From Bacteroidia bacterium (GTDB lineage: Bacteria > Bacteroidota > Bacteroidia > UKL13-3), in contig JACMQU010000118.1 in the NCBI GenBank assembly GCA_014376805.1, positions 10,212 to 74,211 on the forward strand: 64,000 nucleotides of DNA, in the 5' to 3' direction. The stretch's first letter is position 1; each line of letters opens with the position of its first letter. The notes under the pieces were generated by a model. It was not told where the DNA came from. It ran no database searches and worked only from the letters and a program-made list of their open reading frames with translations. A program made the position numbers and the translations under genes. Positions 49,365 through 60,045 of this stretch are shown here, piece by piece.

Positions 49365-51185
49365 ATGGATAGAAATTCGATTATTGGCCTGGGTCTTATT
49401 TTCGTTATTTTAATAACGTTTGCATATATAAACCAGCCATCACAGGCAGACTTAAACACTGCAAAACACCGGAATGATTCTTTAAATTCTGTTCGTGCAA
49501 AAAGCGATAGTCTTGCTGCGCACATACAAATGGCAACTGTTAAAAAAGAAATCATTCAGTCGGCAGACAGTACCTCTCAGATAAATGCATTTGGATCATT
49601 TGCCTCTTTTAGTAATGGCACAGAAGGATTTGTAAGTATTGAAAATGAAGAATTGAAAGTAAATTTTACAAATAAGGGGGGCAGAATCTATAAAGTTGAA
49701 CTCAAAAAATATAAAAGGGCAGATGGTTCCCCATTAATCCTGATGGATGGCGCAGAGAATGACTTCTCTTATGGTTTTGCCACGCGTGATGCCAAAGCCA
49801 TATCAAGTAAAGACCTTTATTTTACCCCTGTTGTGGGTAAGGATGGCAAGAGTCTTTCTATGTTTGTTAAACTTACTGATCAGCAATACATTGAACATAG
49901 ATATAGTTTAAACGGAAACCTGCAACTGGTTGATGTTCAGCTTAACCTGGTTGGCATGGATGGAGTTATTGCCCCAAATAACAATTTTCTTGATTTAAAC
50001 TGGAAGCAAAGAATTTTACAACAGGAAAAAACCCACGATGCAGAAGTTAAGACCACTACTGTTTACTACCGTTATTCTAATGAAGAACCTGAATATCTTA
50101 CAGAAACAAAGGATTTGAAAGAAGACCTGAAAACACCTGTTCAGTGGGTTTCTTTTAAACAACAGTATTTTAATATTTCATTAATTTCTGCTCAGGCATT
50201 TGATAATGGTAATATCGAATCTAAAGCAGATGAATCGAAAAGAAGCGTAAAAACGCTAACGGCTAATTTAGGATTGGCCTATAACCACAGTGGAACTGAA
50301 AGCTATGGTATGAAATTTTATTTTGGCCCTAACCATTATAAAACCCTCGCTTCATTAGATATTGGGCTGGAGAAAATAGTACCTATGGGCTGGGGTATTT
50401 TTGGCTGGGTAAATAAATATCTTACAGTAAATGTGTTTTATTTTTTAGGTCAGTACATTGCCAGTTTTGGTTTAATTATTTTATTACTCACTGTTATTGT
50501 TAAAACTATCTTGTTCCCGCTGGTTTACAAATCCTATTTATCGTCGGCAAAAATGCGTGTACTAAAGCCAGAGATGGATGAGGTTAAGGCTAAGTATGGC
50601 AACGATATGACTAAATTACAGCAGGAAAACATGAAGTTGTACCGCAAGGCAGGTGTAAATCCAATGGGTGGATGTTTACCTGTATTGCTCCAAATGCCTA
50701 TCCTTATTGCTATGTTCCAGTTTTTTCCCAGTGCTTTTGAGCTAAGACAAAAGGCATTTTTATGGAGCAATGATCTTTCCAGTTATGATAGCATTTTTAA
50801 CTTGCCATTCAGTATTCCTTTTTATGGGGATCACGTGAGTTTATTTACTTTGTTAATGACCGTATCAACTCTTGTTTATACAATGTATAATAATCAAATG
50901 ACAGGTGTTACAGGACAAATGAAATATATAAGTTACTTTATGCCCGTGGCATTTCTGGGGTTTTTTAATAATTATGCTTCCGGCTTAACTTATTATTATT
51001 TCCTTTCAAACCTGTTTACTATAGGGCAACAGTTATTAATTCGTAGTTTTGTAGATGATAAAGCACTTCATAAGCAAATTCAGGAAAATAAAAAGAAACC
51101 GGTAACTAAATCTAAGTTTCAGATTAAGTTAGAAGAAATGGCGAAAAAACGCGGTCTTGATCCGGATAAATTAACAGGGAAATAA
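49365..51185 (+). CDS. yidC: Membrane protein insertase YidC (long Bacteroidota form)
   Basis: 606 aa with a large periplasmic domain followed by the 60-kDa insertase core (..KMRVLKPEMDEVKAKYG.. ..NPMGGCLPVLLQMPILIAMF..). Confidence 0.93.
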   Translation: MDRNSIIGLGLIFVILITFAYINQPSQADLNTAKHRNDSLNSVRAKSDSLAAHIQMATVKKEIIQSADSTSQINAFGSFASFSNGTEGFVSIENEELKVNFTNKGGRIYKVELKKYKRADGSPLILMDGAENDFSYGFATRDAKAISSKDLYFTPVVGKDGKSLSMFVKLTDQQYIEHRYSLNGNLQLVDVQLNLVGMDGVIAPNNNFLDLNWKQRILQQEKTHDAEVKTTTVYYRYSNEEPEYLTETKDLKEDLKTPVQWVSFKQQYFNISLISAQAFDNGNIESKADESKRSVKTLTANLGLAYNHSGTESYGMKFYFGPNHYKTLASLDIGLEKIVPMGWGIFGWVNKYLTVNVFYFLGQYIASFGLIILLLTVIVKTILFPLVYKSYLSSAKMRVLKPEMDEVKAKYGNDMTKLQQENMKLYRKAGVNPMGGCLPVLLQMPILIAMFQFFPSAFELRQKAFLWSNDLSSYDSIFNLPFSIPFYGDHVSLFTLLMTVSTLVYTMYNNQMTGVTGQMKYISYFMPVAFLGFFNNYASGLTYYYFLSNLFTIGQQLLIRSFVDDKALHKQIQENKKKPVTKSKFQIKLEEMAKKRGLDPDKLTGK

Positions 51186-51211
51186 CAAACGCTAAAAATC
51201 AGAAAGTAAAA

Positions 51212-51241
51212 AACCCCAACTTATGGCTGTAAGTTGGGGTT
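51212..51241 (+). terminator. Rho-independent terminator after yidC
   Basis: 12-bp stem AACCCCAACTTA / TAAGTTGGGGTT with a 6-nt loop, 27 nt after the stop. An A-run lies upstream, so it may work in both directions. Confidence 0.75.
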
Positions 51242-51462
51242 CTTCATTTATCAAGTAAAATGATTTTTAGATACTAATATACAGTCAAAATGATGCCGTA
51301 AAAGTTTCCTCCATTTCTGGTAAAATATAACTCGCACAAAATCACATAATTAATACTTTTTTGGATCATGAATGGATAAAAAAAAGGTTAAAAGTGACTA
51401 ATAAAGTGGAAACTTTGTTCTTTTTTTAGAACAGATTTATTAAAATTAGCGCATTTTTTTAT

Positions 51463-52353
51463 TTAAAAGCTTAACAGTACTTTCCATGCTTCAAGTACTT
51501 TATTTTCCATTAATAATTGTTGTGCCATTTTATGAATTGCTTCTCTTTTCTCGTCATTTAACAAAGACATATTTAGCAGAGCTTGTAATTCTTTATTAAC
51601 ATGCTGATATATTGAAATACTATCTGCGTCAGGCAATTGTTCTGCGTTAGCCAGCATGCCCAGGTTATTGGCACTTAAAAAATGACTTTGTTTAATTGAA
51701 TCGGGTAACACATCGTAGCCTATTCCAAGATTGCGCGCAGGTTTAGGCACTTCAAATAAAGCATTGCCACTTGCACGCACATACCAGTCGCTGCCCATTC
51801 GTCCCACCACATCTATTTTATGTTGATCTATTTTTCCTTCTGCTGTAAGTACATTAGGTGAAATATGCATAAGTATCATTTCTGCAATTATAAGATTTCC
51901 CGCTCCGCCCTCTTTGCCAGTTTCAATAATTTCTTTAACCTTACATTCAAATTGTACCGGACTTTCTTTTACCCTGAATGGTTTCACTTTAATTGATGGA
52001 ACCGGAGTAAAACCTGACTTGGTAAATTCATTTACCCCTTTTGCATATTCACAACTGGCCAGACTCATTTGTTGAACCATGGAATAATTAACCATATTAA
52101 TAACAACTTCTTTCGTTTCGTATATGTTCTCTAGCGTATGTTTTATTGAATTATCTCTAACACGGCGGGCAGGTGAAAATATGAAAGTTGCCGGGTTTGA
52201 ACCAAATACATTAAAGAAACTGAAAGGACTTAAATTTGGGTTGTCATTTTTATCGATAGTGCTGGCAAAGCATATAGGACGGGGTGCAACAGCCGTTAAC
52301 AATGCATTATGAAATTCAGCTAATGGCAAATCTTTTGGTCCAATGGTTTTCAT
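51463..52353 (-). CDS. Flavin reductase-family protein (FMN-binding split barrel) with a C-terminal extension
   Basis: 296 aa. The region ..VAPRPICFASTIDKNDNPNLSPFSFFNVFGSNPATFIFSP.. is typical of the flavin reductase-like domain. Confidence 0.75.
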   Translation of the reverse strand: MKTIGPKDLPLAEFHNALLTAVAPRPICFASTIDKNDNPNLSPFSFFNVFGSNPATFIFSPARRVRDNSIKHTLENIYETKEVVINMVNYSMVQQMSLASCEYAKGVNEFTKSGFTPVPSIKVKPFRVKESPVQFECKVKEIIETGKEGGAGNLIIAEMILMHISPNVLTAEGKIDQHKIDVVGRMGSDWYVRASGNALFEVPKPARNLGIGYDVLPDSIKQSHFLSANNLGMLANAEQLPDADSISIYQHVNKELQALLNMSLLNDEKREAIHKMAQQLLMENKVLEAWKVLLSF

Positions 52354-52443
52354 AATTTAATTTTATTTTCTGTTCGCATACTATGCGAATTAATTTTTTT
52401 CTGATTTTCAGAACAATTGAATTGTAAATTTTACGCTATGCTT

Positions 52444-52896
52444 TTAATCTAAAGTTATTTTACTCTGGCCTTCTATATTGGTTCTTTTATCAAATATAAA
52501 ATCTACAAAAAAAGCCTCCCCTTTTTTACCCTTAATGTTTGCTTTAGCTCTGCCATATTCTGCACCTCCGGCATCTAATACTTTAGCCTGAACCATTTTG
52601 TTAAAATCCGTGTCGAAAATAACATACAGAATAAGCTTATTATCCTTTCCATCAGCGTCGCTTTCAATCCTGTATTTACCTGTTTTTAAACCCGAATTTT
52701 GCAATTCCTGGGATAAAATAATTTCGCAAGCGAATGTTTTATGAATACCTTCTTTTACTCCATCAACAAATGTAGAAGAAGTTTTACCAATTGTTTCACC
52801 GGTTTTACTAATTGTTTCCTTTGTTTTTTCATTGAAGTTATCGCAATAAGAAAATAGAAATAATGCCACTAAAAGTATCAAGATAATTTTTTTCAT
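52444..52896 (-). CDS. Hypothetical lipoprotein (150 aa)
   Basis: Signal peptide plus lipobox (LFLFSYC). No family recognised. Confidence 0.5.
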   Translation of the reverse strand: MKKIILILLVALFLFSYCDNFNEKTKETISKTGETIGKTSSTFVDGVKEGIHKTFACEIILSQELQNSGLKTGKYRIESDADGKDNKLILYVIFDTDFNKMVQAKVLDAGGAEYGRAKANIKGKKGEAFFVDFIFDKRTNIEGQSKITLD

Positions 52897-52917
52897 GTTT
52901 GATAATTATATATGTGA

Positions 52918-54204
52918 TTAAATTAAAATAATCAGGTAAAAGTTTCTTTTTCCTTTTTGTAAGATCATATATTTGTTATTAATCAGATTAGCGTTCCCCA
53001 CTACCAGATTAACATCGCTTACTTTTTCTTTATTGATACTAACTCCCCCGCCCAGTAACATTTTGCGTGCTTCTCCTTTTGATGGAAAAATATGGGTTTG
53101 TTCTGCCAGCAAATCTATAATAGGCAAACCATTTTCTAACACTGAACTTTCCAGATTAAATTGCGGAACACCTTCAAAAATATCTAAAAAGGTTTCTTCA
53201 TCCAGCTTCGCAAATGCTTCTGCTGTGCCATTGCCAAATAATATGGAAGAAGCGTCAACTGCTGTTTCATATTCCCTTTCACTATGTACCCTTACCGTTA
53301 TATCTCTTGCCAAAGCTTTTTGCAATATACGTAAATGAGGGGCCGCAATATGATCCTTTTCCAGTGTTACTATTTCTGCCTGCTTCATTAGAGTAAAAAT
53401 CCTTATCCAGGCAATAACATCGCTATCACTTGCATTAAGCCAAAACTGATAAAATTTATAGGGCGAAGTACGTTTTGGGTCAAGCCATACCGTACCGCTT
53501 TCTGTTTTGCCAAATTTGGTTCCATCAGCCTTTTTAATTAAGGTGGTAGTTAATGCAAACGCAGCTCCAGCATCCTTTCTTCTAATTAGTTCTGTACCGG
53601 TAACAATATTTCCCCATTGGTCGCTGCCACCCATTTGAATCTTACAGTCAAAGTTTTTCCATAAATAATAAAAGTCATAGCCCTGAACCAACTGATAAGT
53701 AAATTCCGTAAAGCTCATGCCGGATTCCCCTTCAAGTCGTTTTTTTACAGAATCCTTTGCCATCATATAGTTCACGGTAATATGTTTACCTACATCTCTG
53801 ATAAAATCCAGAAAGTTAAACGTTTTAAACCAGTCATAATTGTTAACCAGCATAGCACTTTGTGCGCCACAATCAAAATCCAGGTAATTTTTTAATTGAC
53901 TTTCTATACAAGCCAAATTATATTGCAATACTTCCTCCGATAATAAATTTCTTTCCTGAGACTTACCTGATGGATCACCAACCATTCCTGTAGCACCACC
54001 AACTAATGCATAGGGCTTATGACCGGCTTTTTGAAAATGGATCAAAGTCATAATCTGCATCAGGTGACCAACGTGAAGACTATCGGCAGTTGGATCAAAA
54101 CCAATATAACCCGCGGTCATTTCCTTATTTAATTGTTGTTCGGTTTCCGGCATAATATCATACAGCATACCTCTCCATTTTAACTCTTCTACAAAATTGC
54201 TCAT
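52918..54204 (-). CDS. tyrS: Tyrosine--tRNA ligase
   Basis: The start is taken at [14 protein letters not shown] (54204). It has the HIGH motif (ADSLHVGHL), a KMSKS-like KFGKT and a C-terminal S4 domain. Confidence 0.93.
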   Translation of the reverse strand: MSNFVEELKWRGMLYDIMPETEQQLNKEMTAGYIGFDPTADSLHVGHLMQIMTLIHFQKAGHKPYALVGGATGMVGDPSGKSQERNLLSEEVLQYNLACIESQLKNYLDFDCGAQSAMLVNNYDWFKTFNFLDFIRDVGKHITVNYMMAKDSVKKRLEGESGMSFTEFTYQLVQGYDFYYLWKNFDCKIQMGGSDQWGNIVTGTELIRRKDAGAAFALTTTLIKKADGTKFGKTESGTVWLDPKRTSPYKFYQFWLNASDSDVIAWIRIFTLMKQAEIVTLEKDHIAAPHLRILQKALARDITVRVHSEREYETAVDASSILFGNGTAEAFAKLDEETFLDIFEGVPQFNLESSVLENGLPIIDLLAEQTHIFPSKGEARKMLLGGGVSINKEKVSDVNLVVGNANLINNKYMILQKGKRNFYLIILI

Positions 54205-54273
54205 GTTGCGAAAATAAATAAACCATCTTAATTTAGCCGAAATCATTTATTTCGCAGTTATTAATTTTTAAAG

Positions 54274-54933
54274 TTGAATTATCTCTCCCATTTTTATATA
54301 CATCAAAAACCTAACGACCCTTATTTTAACGCAGGTCTTATTTTACCTGATTTGGGTAGAAGTTTTGTAAAAACATTTAAAGAGGTGCTGATTAATCCTG
54401 CTGATCTTAATTTGTGCGCTATAAGTAATGGTTGTTTGCAGCATTATGAGGCCGATAAACTTTTTCATGGATCTGAATTTTTTAAATGGGGAACACTTAT
54501 TTGTACGGAAGAATTAAAAGATTTACACTTTAATAACGTAGTTGAGAAACGATGGTTCATCGGCCATATTTTATTTGAGATGCTTCTTGATCGCTTATTG
54601 GTTAGGCATCAACCACAAGTTTTAACTGATTTTTATGATCAGATACAGTTGGCAGACTTAAATCAGATAAAGGAATTTTTCATCCTAAGTAAAGTAAACC
54701 GGAAGGAGAAATTATTGCAATATTTTAATCATTTTCGCAAGGTTCAATATATTAGAAGCTATATCGATACTAACTTATTTGTATATTCGTTAAGCAGGGT
54801 GTTAATACGGGCGGGCTTACCTGCATTAACATTCAGTGACAGAGCCATATTAGAGGAATGTGTAAAAAGGATGGAGAACGATATTTTTAAAGATGCTTAC
54901 CATGTTTTGTTACGTTTAAAAAAAGTGTTTTAA
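54274..54933 (+). CDS. acpH: Acyl carrier protein phosphodiesterase-like protein (AcpH/DUF479 family)
   Basis: 219 aa with a TTG start. The N-terminus MNYLSHFYI... with LILPDL resembles AcpH family N-termini. Assignment is from memory. Confidence 0.55.
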   Translation: MNYLSHFYIHQKPNDPYFNAGLILPDLGRSFVKTFKEVLINPADLNLCAISNGCLQHYEADKLFHGSEFFKWGTLICTEELKDLHFNNVVEKRWFIGHILFEMLLDRLLVRHQPQVLTDFYDQIQLADLNQIKEFFILSKVNRKEKLLQYFNHFRKVQYIRSYIDTNLFVYSLSRVLIRAGLPALTFSDRAILEECVKRMENDIFKDAYHVLLRLKKVF

Positions 54934-56003
54934 TGAAGAAATTTATTTTAGGAATATTTATATCTGCAGGTATTTGCCCGGGTTTTGCTCAATCGCTTAA
55001 ATACAGTAATGAATTTTTGGCTATAGGAATTGGAGGAAGAGCCATAGGGATGGGTGGAGCAGTTATTGCAAGCACCCGCGATGTTACTTCAACTTATTGG
55101 AACCCGGCAGGATTGATGGGTATGGATGATAATATTCAAATTGGAGCTATGCACAATGAACAATTTGGAGGCATTACCAAACACGATTATGGTGTGATAG
55201 GTTTTAAATTAAACGACCACAGTAAAATGGCCATAAGCATGATTAGACTAGGAGTTGACGGGATTCCGAATACGCTTTATTTAATGCAGGATGGACAGAT
55301 AAATTACGCACTAATAAGAAGTTTTTCGGCGGTTGATTACGCTTTTGTGGGTACTTATGCCACGCAAACAAAACTGGATGGCTTAACTGTTGGAGGCAAT
55401 GTTAAAGTTATTCGTAGGGTAATTGGGAGTTTTGGAGGTGCCTGGGGTTTTGGTTTAGATGCAGCTGTAAATTATAAGAAAGGCGATTGGAGTCTTGCCT
55501 TTGTTGCCAAAGATATTACAAGTACTTTTAATGCCTGGAATTATAAACTTAGCAATGAGGATAAAGCCCAGTTTATTGCAACAGGAAATGCAATACCTTC
55601 TGGTGGTTTAGAAATTACGCTCCCAAAGTTCACGATAGGTGTGGCACGTAAATTTGAATTTGGAAATGGTAAATACACAATTTTGCCCGAAATAAATATG
55701 GATTTTACTACCGATGGACAGCGCAATGTGCTTGTTAGTAGCAAATATGTAAACCTTGATCCGAGGTTTGGATTGGAACTAGGTTATAACAAAATAATAT
55801 TCTTACGTGGAGGATATAGCACATTGCAAAGAATTACTGATTTTTCGGGACAAAAAACTATCAATGGAATGCCTGGTTTAGGCATCGGTATTCAACTTAA
55901 AAATTTTGCTATAGATTACGCACTTGGAAACGCATTTAATCAAGGCCTATTAGGTATGAGTAATGTTATAAGTTTACGCTTAAGCATAAACAAAAAAAGT
56001 TAA
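54933..56003 (+). CDS. PorV/PorQ-family outer-membrane beta-barrel protein (T9SS-associated family)
   Basis: 356 aa with a signal peptide. ..FLAIGIGGRAIGMGGAVIASTRDVTSTYWNPAGL.. matches the PorV/PorQ N-terminal pattern, and the C-terminal strand ends in an aromatic-poor ..LRLSINKKS. Confidence 0.6.
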   Translation: MKKFILGIFISAGICPGFAQSLKYSNEFLAIGIGGRAIGMGGAVIASTRDVTSTYWNPAGLMGMDDNIQIGAMHNEQFGGITKHDYGVIGFKLNDHSKMAISMIRLGVDGIPNTLYLMQDGQINYALIRSFSAVDYAFVGTYATQTKLDGLTVGGNVKVIRRVIGSFGGAWGFGLDAAVNYKKGDWSLAFVAKDITSTFNAWNYKLSNEDKAQFIATGNAIPSGGLEITLPKFTIGVARKFEFGNGKYTILPEINMDFTTDGQRNVLVSSKYVNLDPRFGLELGYNKIIFLRGGYSTLQRITDFSGQKTINGMPGLGIGIQLKNFAIDYALGNAFNQGLLGMSNVISLRLSINKKS

Positions 56004-57448
56004 TTTTCTTCATTTTCAGGCTCAGGTTCGCTGTTATGATAAAGGTCTAATGCGGTAAGCATAGCTAAAAATCCCCAGAGTATAACTGCAATTTTATCCT
56101 GTTCACTATAGCTGTTTAATAAGCCATGTGTAAGGTAGGTAACGAGGCCCAGTATAATGGCGGCACTATATACTCTTATTTCAAAATTTCTTCCTTTATA
56201 AACCAGGTTCAGCCCAACCTTAAAACTAACAAAGATAATTACTAAAAAGGAGATTAAGCCAGGCCATCCGCTTTCTGCCAAAGGATTTAAATACTCTGAA
56301 TGTGCATGGCCCTGATCTCCAAATGCTGTTGTTATGGGTGTTTTAAATTCCGGATCCTGATAGGGTGCATAAGTAAAGGAATATGCGCCGGGGCCAAAGC
56401 CAACTACAGGTTTGTCTTTTGCCATATTAATTGCGGCCATCCATCTGTTTACGCGTTCCAGGTTTGAAACATCATTGCGCACATTAGAAACTGATTCCAG
56501 GTGTTTTTCAAAACCCTCAGCAGAGTTTTGTTTGTTTTGATACAATTGATAAAAAATTTCATCGAAATTTACAATTATCAAAGATGCCGCTATTCCAATA
56601 ACAAGCATCATTTGCCACAGGCGTATTCTAAAGATAAGTATGGCCGAAAATAAGGTGGCTGCTGCCAAACTTATCCATCCCGCACGTGTATAGCTAAAGA
56701 TGAGTCCCACTGTAAATAAGACAAGAAAAAACAAGGTAATTACAACCGTAACAAGATTAAGTTTAAGTTTGAACCCAAAGATTGACCAGCAGAATAAAAT
56801 GGGGATAAAGAATGCTATAGCCGCAGCATAAATACCATGTGCAATATAAAATGGTGCCATAATTTCGAAGGAGGAAATCTGCGAGAAATTATCTACGCTG
56901 TGTTTTATCAAAGTTAAGATGATAACAAAACCGAGCGGAATCATATACGCCCATAAGTAGTTTTTTATATGATCAAATTTTTTAAATAGTACAGCAGATA
57001 AAAAATAAAATAACACAAGAAACCAAGTGCGTGAAAGAAAAAATTTAAACGAAACAATTTTTTCCTGACTGGTTAATACCGTAATTAAAATCCAGCCAAG
57101 GTTAATGAGAATAGCAATACTTATGGGATGCCTAACAACCCTAAAATCATATTCCCCATCAATAATGTATTTGAAAATTACCAGTAAAAAAATACCAATA
57201 ATTAATGGTTCATCCGGCAAACTGATGCCCAAACCCAATCCAATGTCTTCTATCCCAACTGAAAAAGGAACGAGAAAAACAAGCAATAGCATTAGCAAAT
57301 CAAGTTTAAGCAAAGCAAGTAAAGCCACAACAGCAAGAGCAGGAAGTAATGGCAACCAGTAAAATTCAAATGCGATACCTAAGCAGTTAAGCAATATAAA
57401 AATAATGCCCGATCCATATAGCCACCTTTGCTTTGCTATAAAATCCAA
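56000..57448 (-). CDS. O-antigen ligase (WaaL/Wzy_C) family membrane protein
   Basis: 482 aa polytopic protein with a large loop containing ..SYTRAGW.. and ..GFGPGAY...GHAHSEYLNPLAESG.. (Wzy_C signature). Confidence 0.8.
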   Translation of the reverse strand: MDFIAKQRWLYGSGIIFILLNCLGIAFEFYWLPLLPALAVVALLALLKLDLLMLLLVFLVPFSVGIEDIGLGLGISLPDEPLIIGIFLLVIFKYIIDGEYDFRVVRHPISIAILINLGWILITVLTSQEKIVSFKFFLSRTWFLVLFYFLSAVLFKKFDHIKNYLWAYMIPLGFVIILTLIKHSVDNFSQISSFEIMAPFYIAHGIYAAAIAFFIPILFCWSIFGFKLKLNLVTVVITLFFLVLFTVGLIFSYTRAGWISLAAATLFSAILIFRIRLWQMMLVIGIAASLIIVNFDEIFYQLYQNKQNSAEGFEKHLESVSNVRNDVSNLERVNRWMAAINMAKDKPVVGFGPGAYSFTYAPYQDPEFKTPITTAFGDQGHAHSEYLNPLAESGWPGLISFLVIIFVSFKVGLNLVYKGRNFEIRVYSAAIILGLVTYLTHGLLNSYSEQDKIAVILWGFLAMLTALDLYHNSEPEPENEEN

Positions 57449-57453
57449 AATAC

Positions 57454-58464
57454 TTAAGCGATTAATGAATCCTGCTGATTCTGGAATTTTTCAACAAAAA
57501 GTAATACGATACAACACAATAAGAATGAACCAAGGATAGAACCAAGTACAATAAGATAGCGGATAGGATATGTTTTGCGTTCAGCAGGAGTTGCACTTTG
57601 AAGTATAAACACATTACTTAATCTTCCGTCTACATCAATCTGCGCCTGGTCTAGTTTCTTTTTAAGTTCATTCATTTGCTCCACCTGCAATTCAAGTGTA
57701 CTGTATAATTCCTTAGATTCACCACCATACATAGCAAGGCTGTTCTGTTGCGACCGCACATAATCAGACATGCCACTTTTGCCAATAATTTCGGTTAGTG
57801 CCTTCGCCTGTTCTTCAACATTATAAACGCCCTTGGCTCCTAATTCCTGTATTCTGTTTTTGATAGACGTTACTTCATTCATTTTCCTTTTATATTCGTT
57901 ATCTATTATGGAAAGTGCCTGAACAGCCAATCTGCGCTGAACTTCTGTTTTAACACTATCAAGGATCATAACTATACCATTAGCAACATTGGCTGCTGTT
58001 TGCGGATCTTCATCTAATACATTTACTTCAATAGAAGCATAAGGTGTTTTTTTAGCAGAAATGTTTTTGTTATACAATTTCCCCATCGCATAATTCCGTT
58101 CTTTATCATCACTGTTAATCTTGTAGTGTTCAGACAAATTAAAGCGATCAATGACTTTAGATTTTAGGTAATCCGATTCAAGAATCTGAATATATTGTTG
58201 TGCAGAAACCTGTTCACCAAACTCAAGCGGGTCTTTTTGCTTTACCCTACTATCAGTTAATAGGGCACTGGATACAGAGTTATTGGTAGAAGGATAGAAA
58301 ACAGCAGTAGAAAGAAACTTAGGTTTTATAATCCATGGACTAGAGATGAGGATTGAAAGGATGGCCGAAATACCCGATATAATTATCAATGGTTTTTTCC
58401 ACCTGGTAATGAATTGGAAAACATCAATCAGTTCAAAATAATATTGTTTTTTTTTCTTGTTCAT
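57454..58464 (-). CDS. Polysaccharide chain-length determinant (Wzz/PCP-like) protein
   Basis: 336 aa with one N-terminal and one C-terminal TM helix flanking a coiled-coil periplasmic region, in an LPS gene context. Confidence 0.6.
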   Translation of the reverse strand: MNKKKKQYYFELIDVFQFITRWKKPLIIISGISAILSILISSPWIIKPKFLSTAVFYPSTNNSVSSALLTDSRVKQKDPLEFGEQVSAQQYIQILESDYLKSKVIDRFNLSEHYKINSDDKERNYAMGKLYNKNISAKKTPYASIEVNVLDEDPQTAANVANGIVMILDSVKTEVQRRLAVQALSIIDNEYKRKMNEVTSIKNRIQELGAKGVYNVEEQAKALTEIIGKSGMSDYVRSQQNSLAMYGGESKELYSTLELQVEQMNELKKKLDQAQIDVDGRLSNVFILQSATPAERKTYPIRYLIVLGSILGSFLLCCIVLLFVEKFQNQQDSLIA

Positions 58465-58500
58465 ATACGTATTTGCGACAAAAATATAAAATTACCGCTA

Positions 58501-59952
58501 TTAACTGCTTTTTTCGCTAAACCTCGATCTTACTAATAACAATCCCTGCTTCAGATCAATAATCTTAAAAATGATCATTATCAACAGGCTGCCTGAACCG
58601 ATAAGTAGAATTCCGAGGTACCATGAAGTGATGAAATAATTTGTTCCAACTGCTAAAATAGCAATTAGACCCAAACTTGAAAAGAATTTTTTTACAAAAT
58701 CGCGATCAAAGTTTATTCTTACTATTTTTTTCCCAAAATAGAAGTTGCTTAAACCTATAAAGGTTTGTGTACAAAGCGCAGTAATGGCTGCCCCTTCCGC
58801 TTTCATATTCCGGATCAGAATAAAGTTTAAAAGTAAATTTATAAATAATGCGGTAACAGCCAAAATATTAAGTGTTCTTAAATTGCCATTGGCGGTAAGC
58901 AAAGTACCATAAACATACATGGTACTTAATGGTATAAAAGATAAAATTACATATCCAAATATTGAACCAGCGTAAGTGGTACTGTGGTTATTTAATAGTT
59001 CAATAATAGGCTGTCGATAAATAAAACATGCAATACTGAAAGCAAAAGCAGGAAGTATCATAATACCTGTGCTAAACTGCAATAGTGGACTTATATTTTC
59101 TTTGTTGGAAAGCATTCTGGAAAAAATAGGCAACAATAGCATACTTACTAATGCTGCCATCATATTAGCTGCTTCAAGTAATCGGTAAGCCGATGCATAA
59201 ATTCCACTCTGATAGTATCCATCCGGTAATAACTTTTCAAGTAAAATAACATCCATCCGGGTATAAAAAGTCATGGTTAAAGATAGCAAAGCATAAGGTA
59301 GCATTTGTTTAATAACCTTTAATAAGAGCACTTTATTAAAAGACCATTGCAAAGCGTGCAGGTGTGATTTAATTACCATAAATGAAATGAATACAGCGGC
59401 GGTATAGGCAATTGTCTGAGCCATTATAAAATGTGTAATTGTCATTTCTGCAACACCAAACCACAACATTAAACTACATAATATAATCATTAAACACCGG
59501 TCAACTACAGATAAGATGGCGTCTGTTTTAAATAATTGTAAACCTCCAACAATGCTTCTGAAATACGTATAAAAATAAGACAATATTTGGTTCAATCCAA
59601 GAATCCAGAGTAATTTAATCCGGTAGCTGTCAAACCCATTGAGCATTCCAAGGCTAATTGTAATGGCAATATATAGAAAGGAGGATGCTAATTTAAATGT
59701 AGTTAAGGCGGCAAATTCCTGCCTCAATTTATCAGGGTTTTGAGCAATATTTGAAGAGGTATAGGTATTGATACCAAGATCAAGTAAGGTTATAAACAGC
59801 ATCGAAAAATATAGCAGAACGATATATGTACCATACTCTTCATATCCCACCGCGTTCTGCACACTACGGTCAATTCCTAATATCCAGAAGGGTTTGATGA
59901 GCAGGTTAACAGACATTAACAAGATGAGGTTAGATATAAAGGTCTTTTTCAT
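58501..59952 (-). CDS. Oligosaccharide flippase (Wzx/MOP superfamily)
   Basis: 483 aa with about 12-14 TM helices and the typical polysaccharide-biosynthesis-protein layout. Confidence 0.78.
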   Translation of the reverse strand: MKKTFISNLILLMSVNLLIKPFWILGIDRSVQNAVGYEEYGTYIVLLYFSMLFITLLDLGINTYTSSNIAQNPDKLRQEFAALTTFKLASSFLYIAITISLGMLNGFDSYRIKLLWILGLNQILSYFYTYFRSIVGGLQLFKTDAILSVVDRCLMIILCSLMLWFGVAEMTITHFIMAQTIAYTAAVFISFMVIKSHLHALQWSFNKVLLLKVIKQMLPYALLSLTMTFYTRMDVILLEKLLPDGYYQSGIYASAYRLLEAANMMAALVSMLLLPIFSRMLSNKENISPLLQFSTGIMILPAFAFSIACFIYRQPIIELLNNHSTTYAGSIFGYVILSFIPLSTMYVYGTLLTANGNLRTLNILAVTALFINLLLNFILIRNMKAEGAAITALCTQTFIGLSNFYFGKKIVRINFDRDFVKKFFSSLGLIAILAVGTNYFITSWYLGILLIGSGSLLIMIIFKIIDLKQGLLLVRSRFSEKSS

Positions 59953-60045
59953 TCAGTTATGCCATTATTAGCAGTTTCATTTGTTTTATTTGGTTGTAAA
60001 TTTATTCATTCAGTTAAACTTTGTATCATTGCCCTATAAATCTAT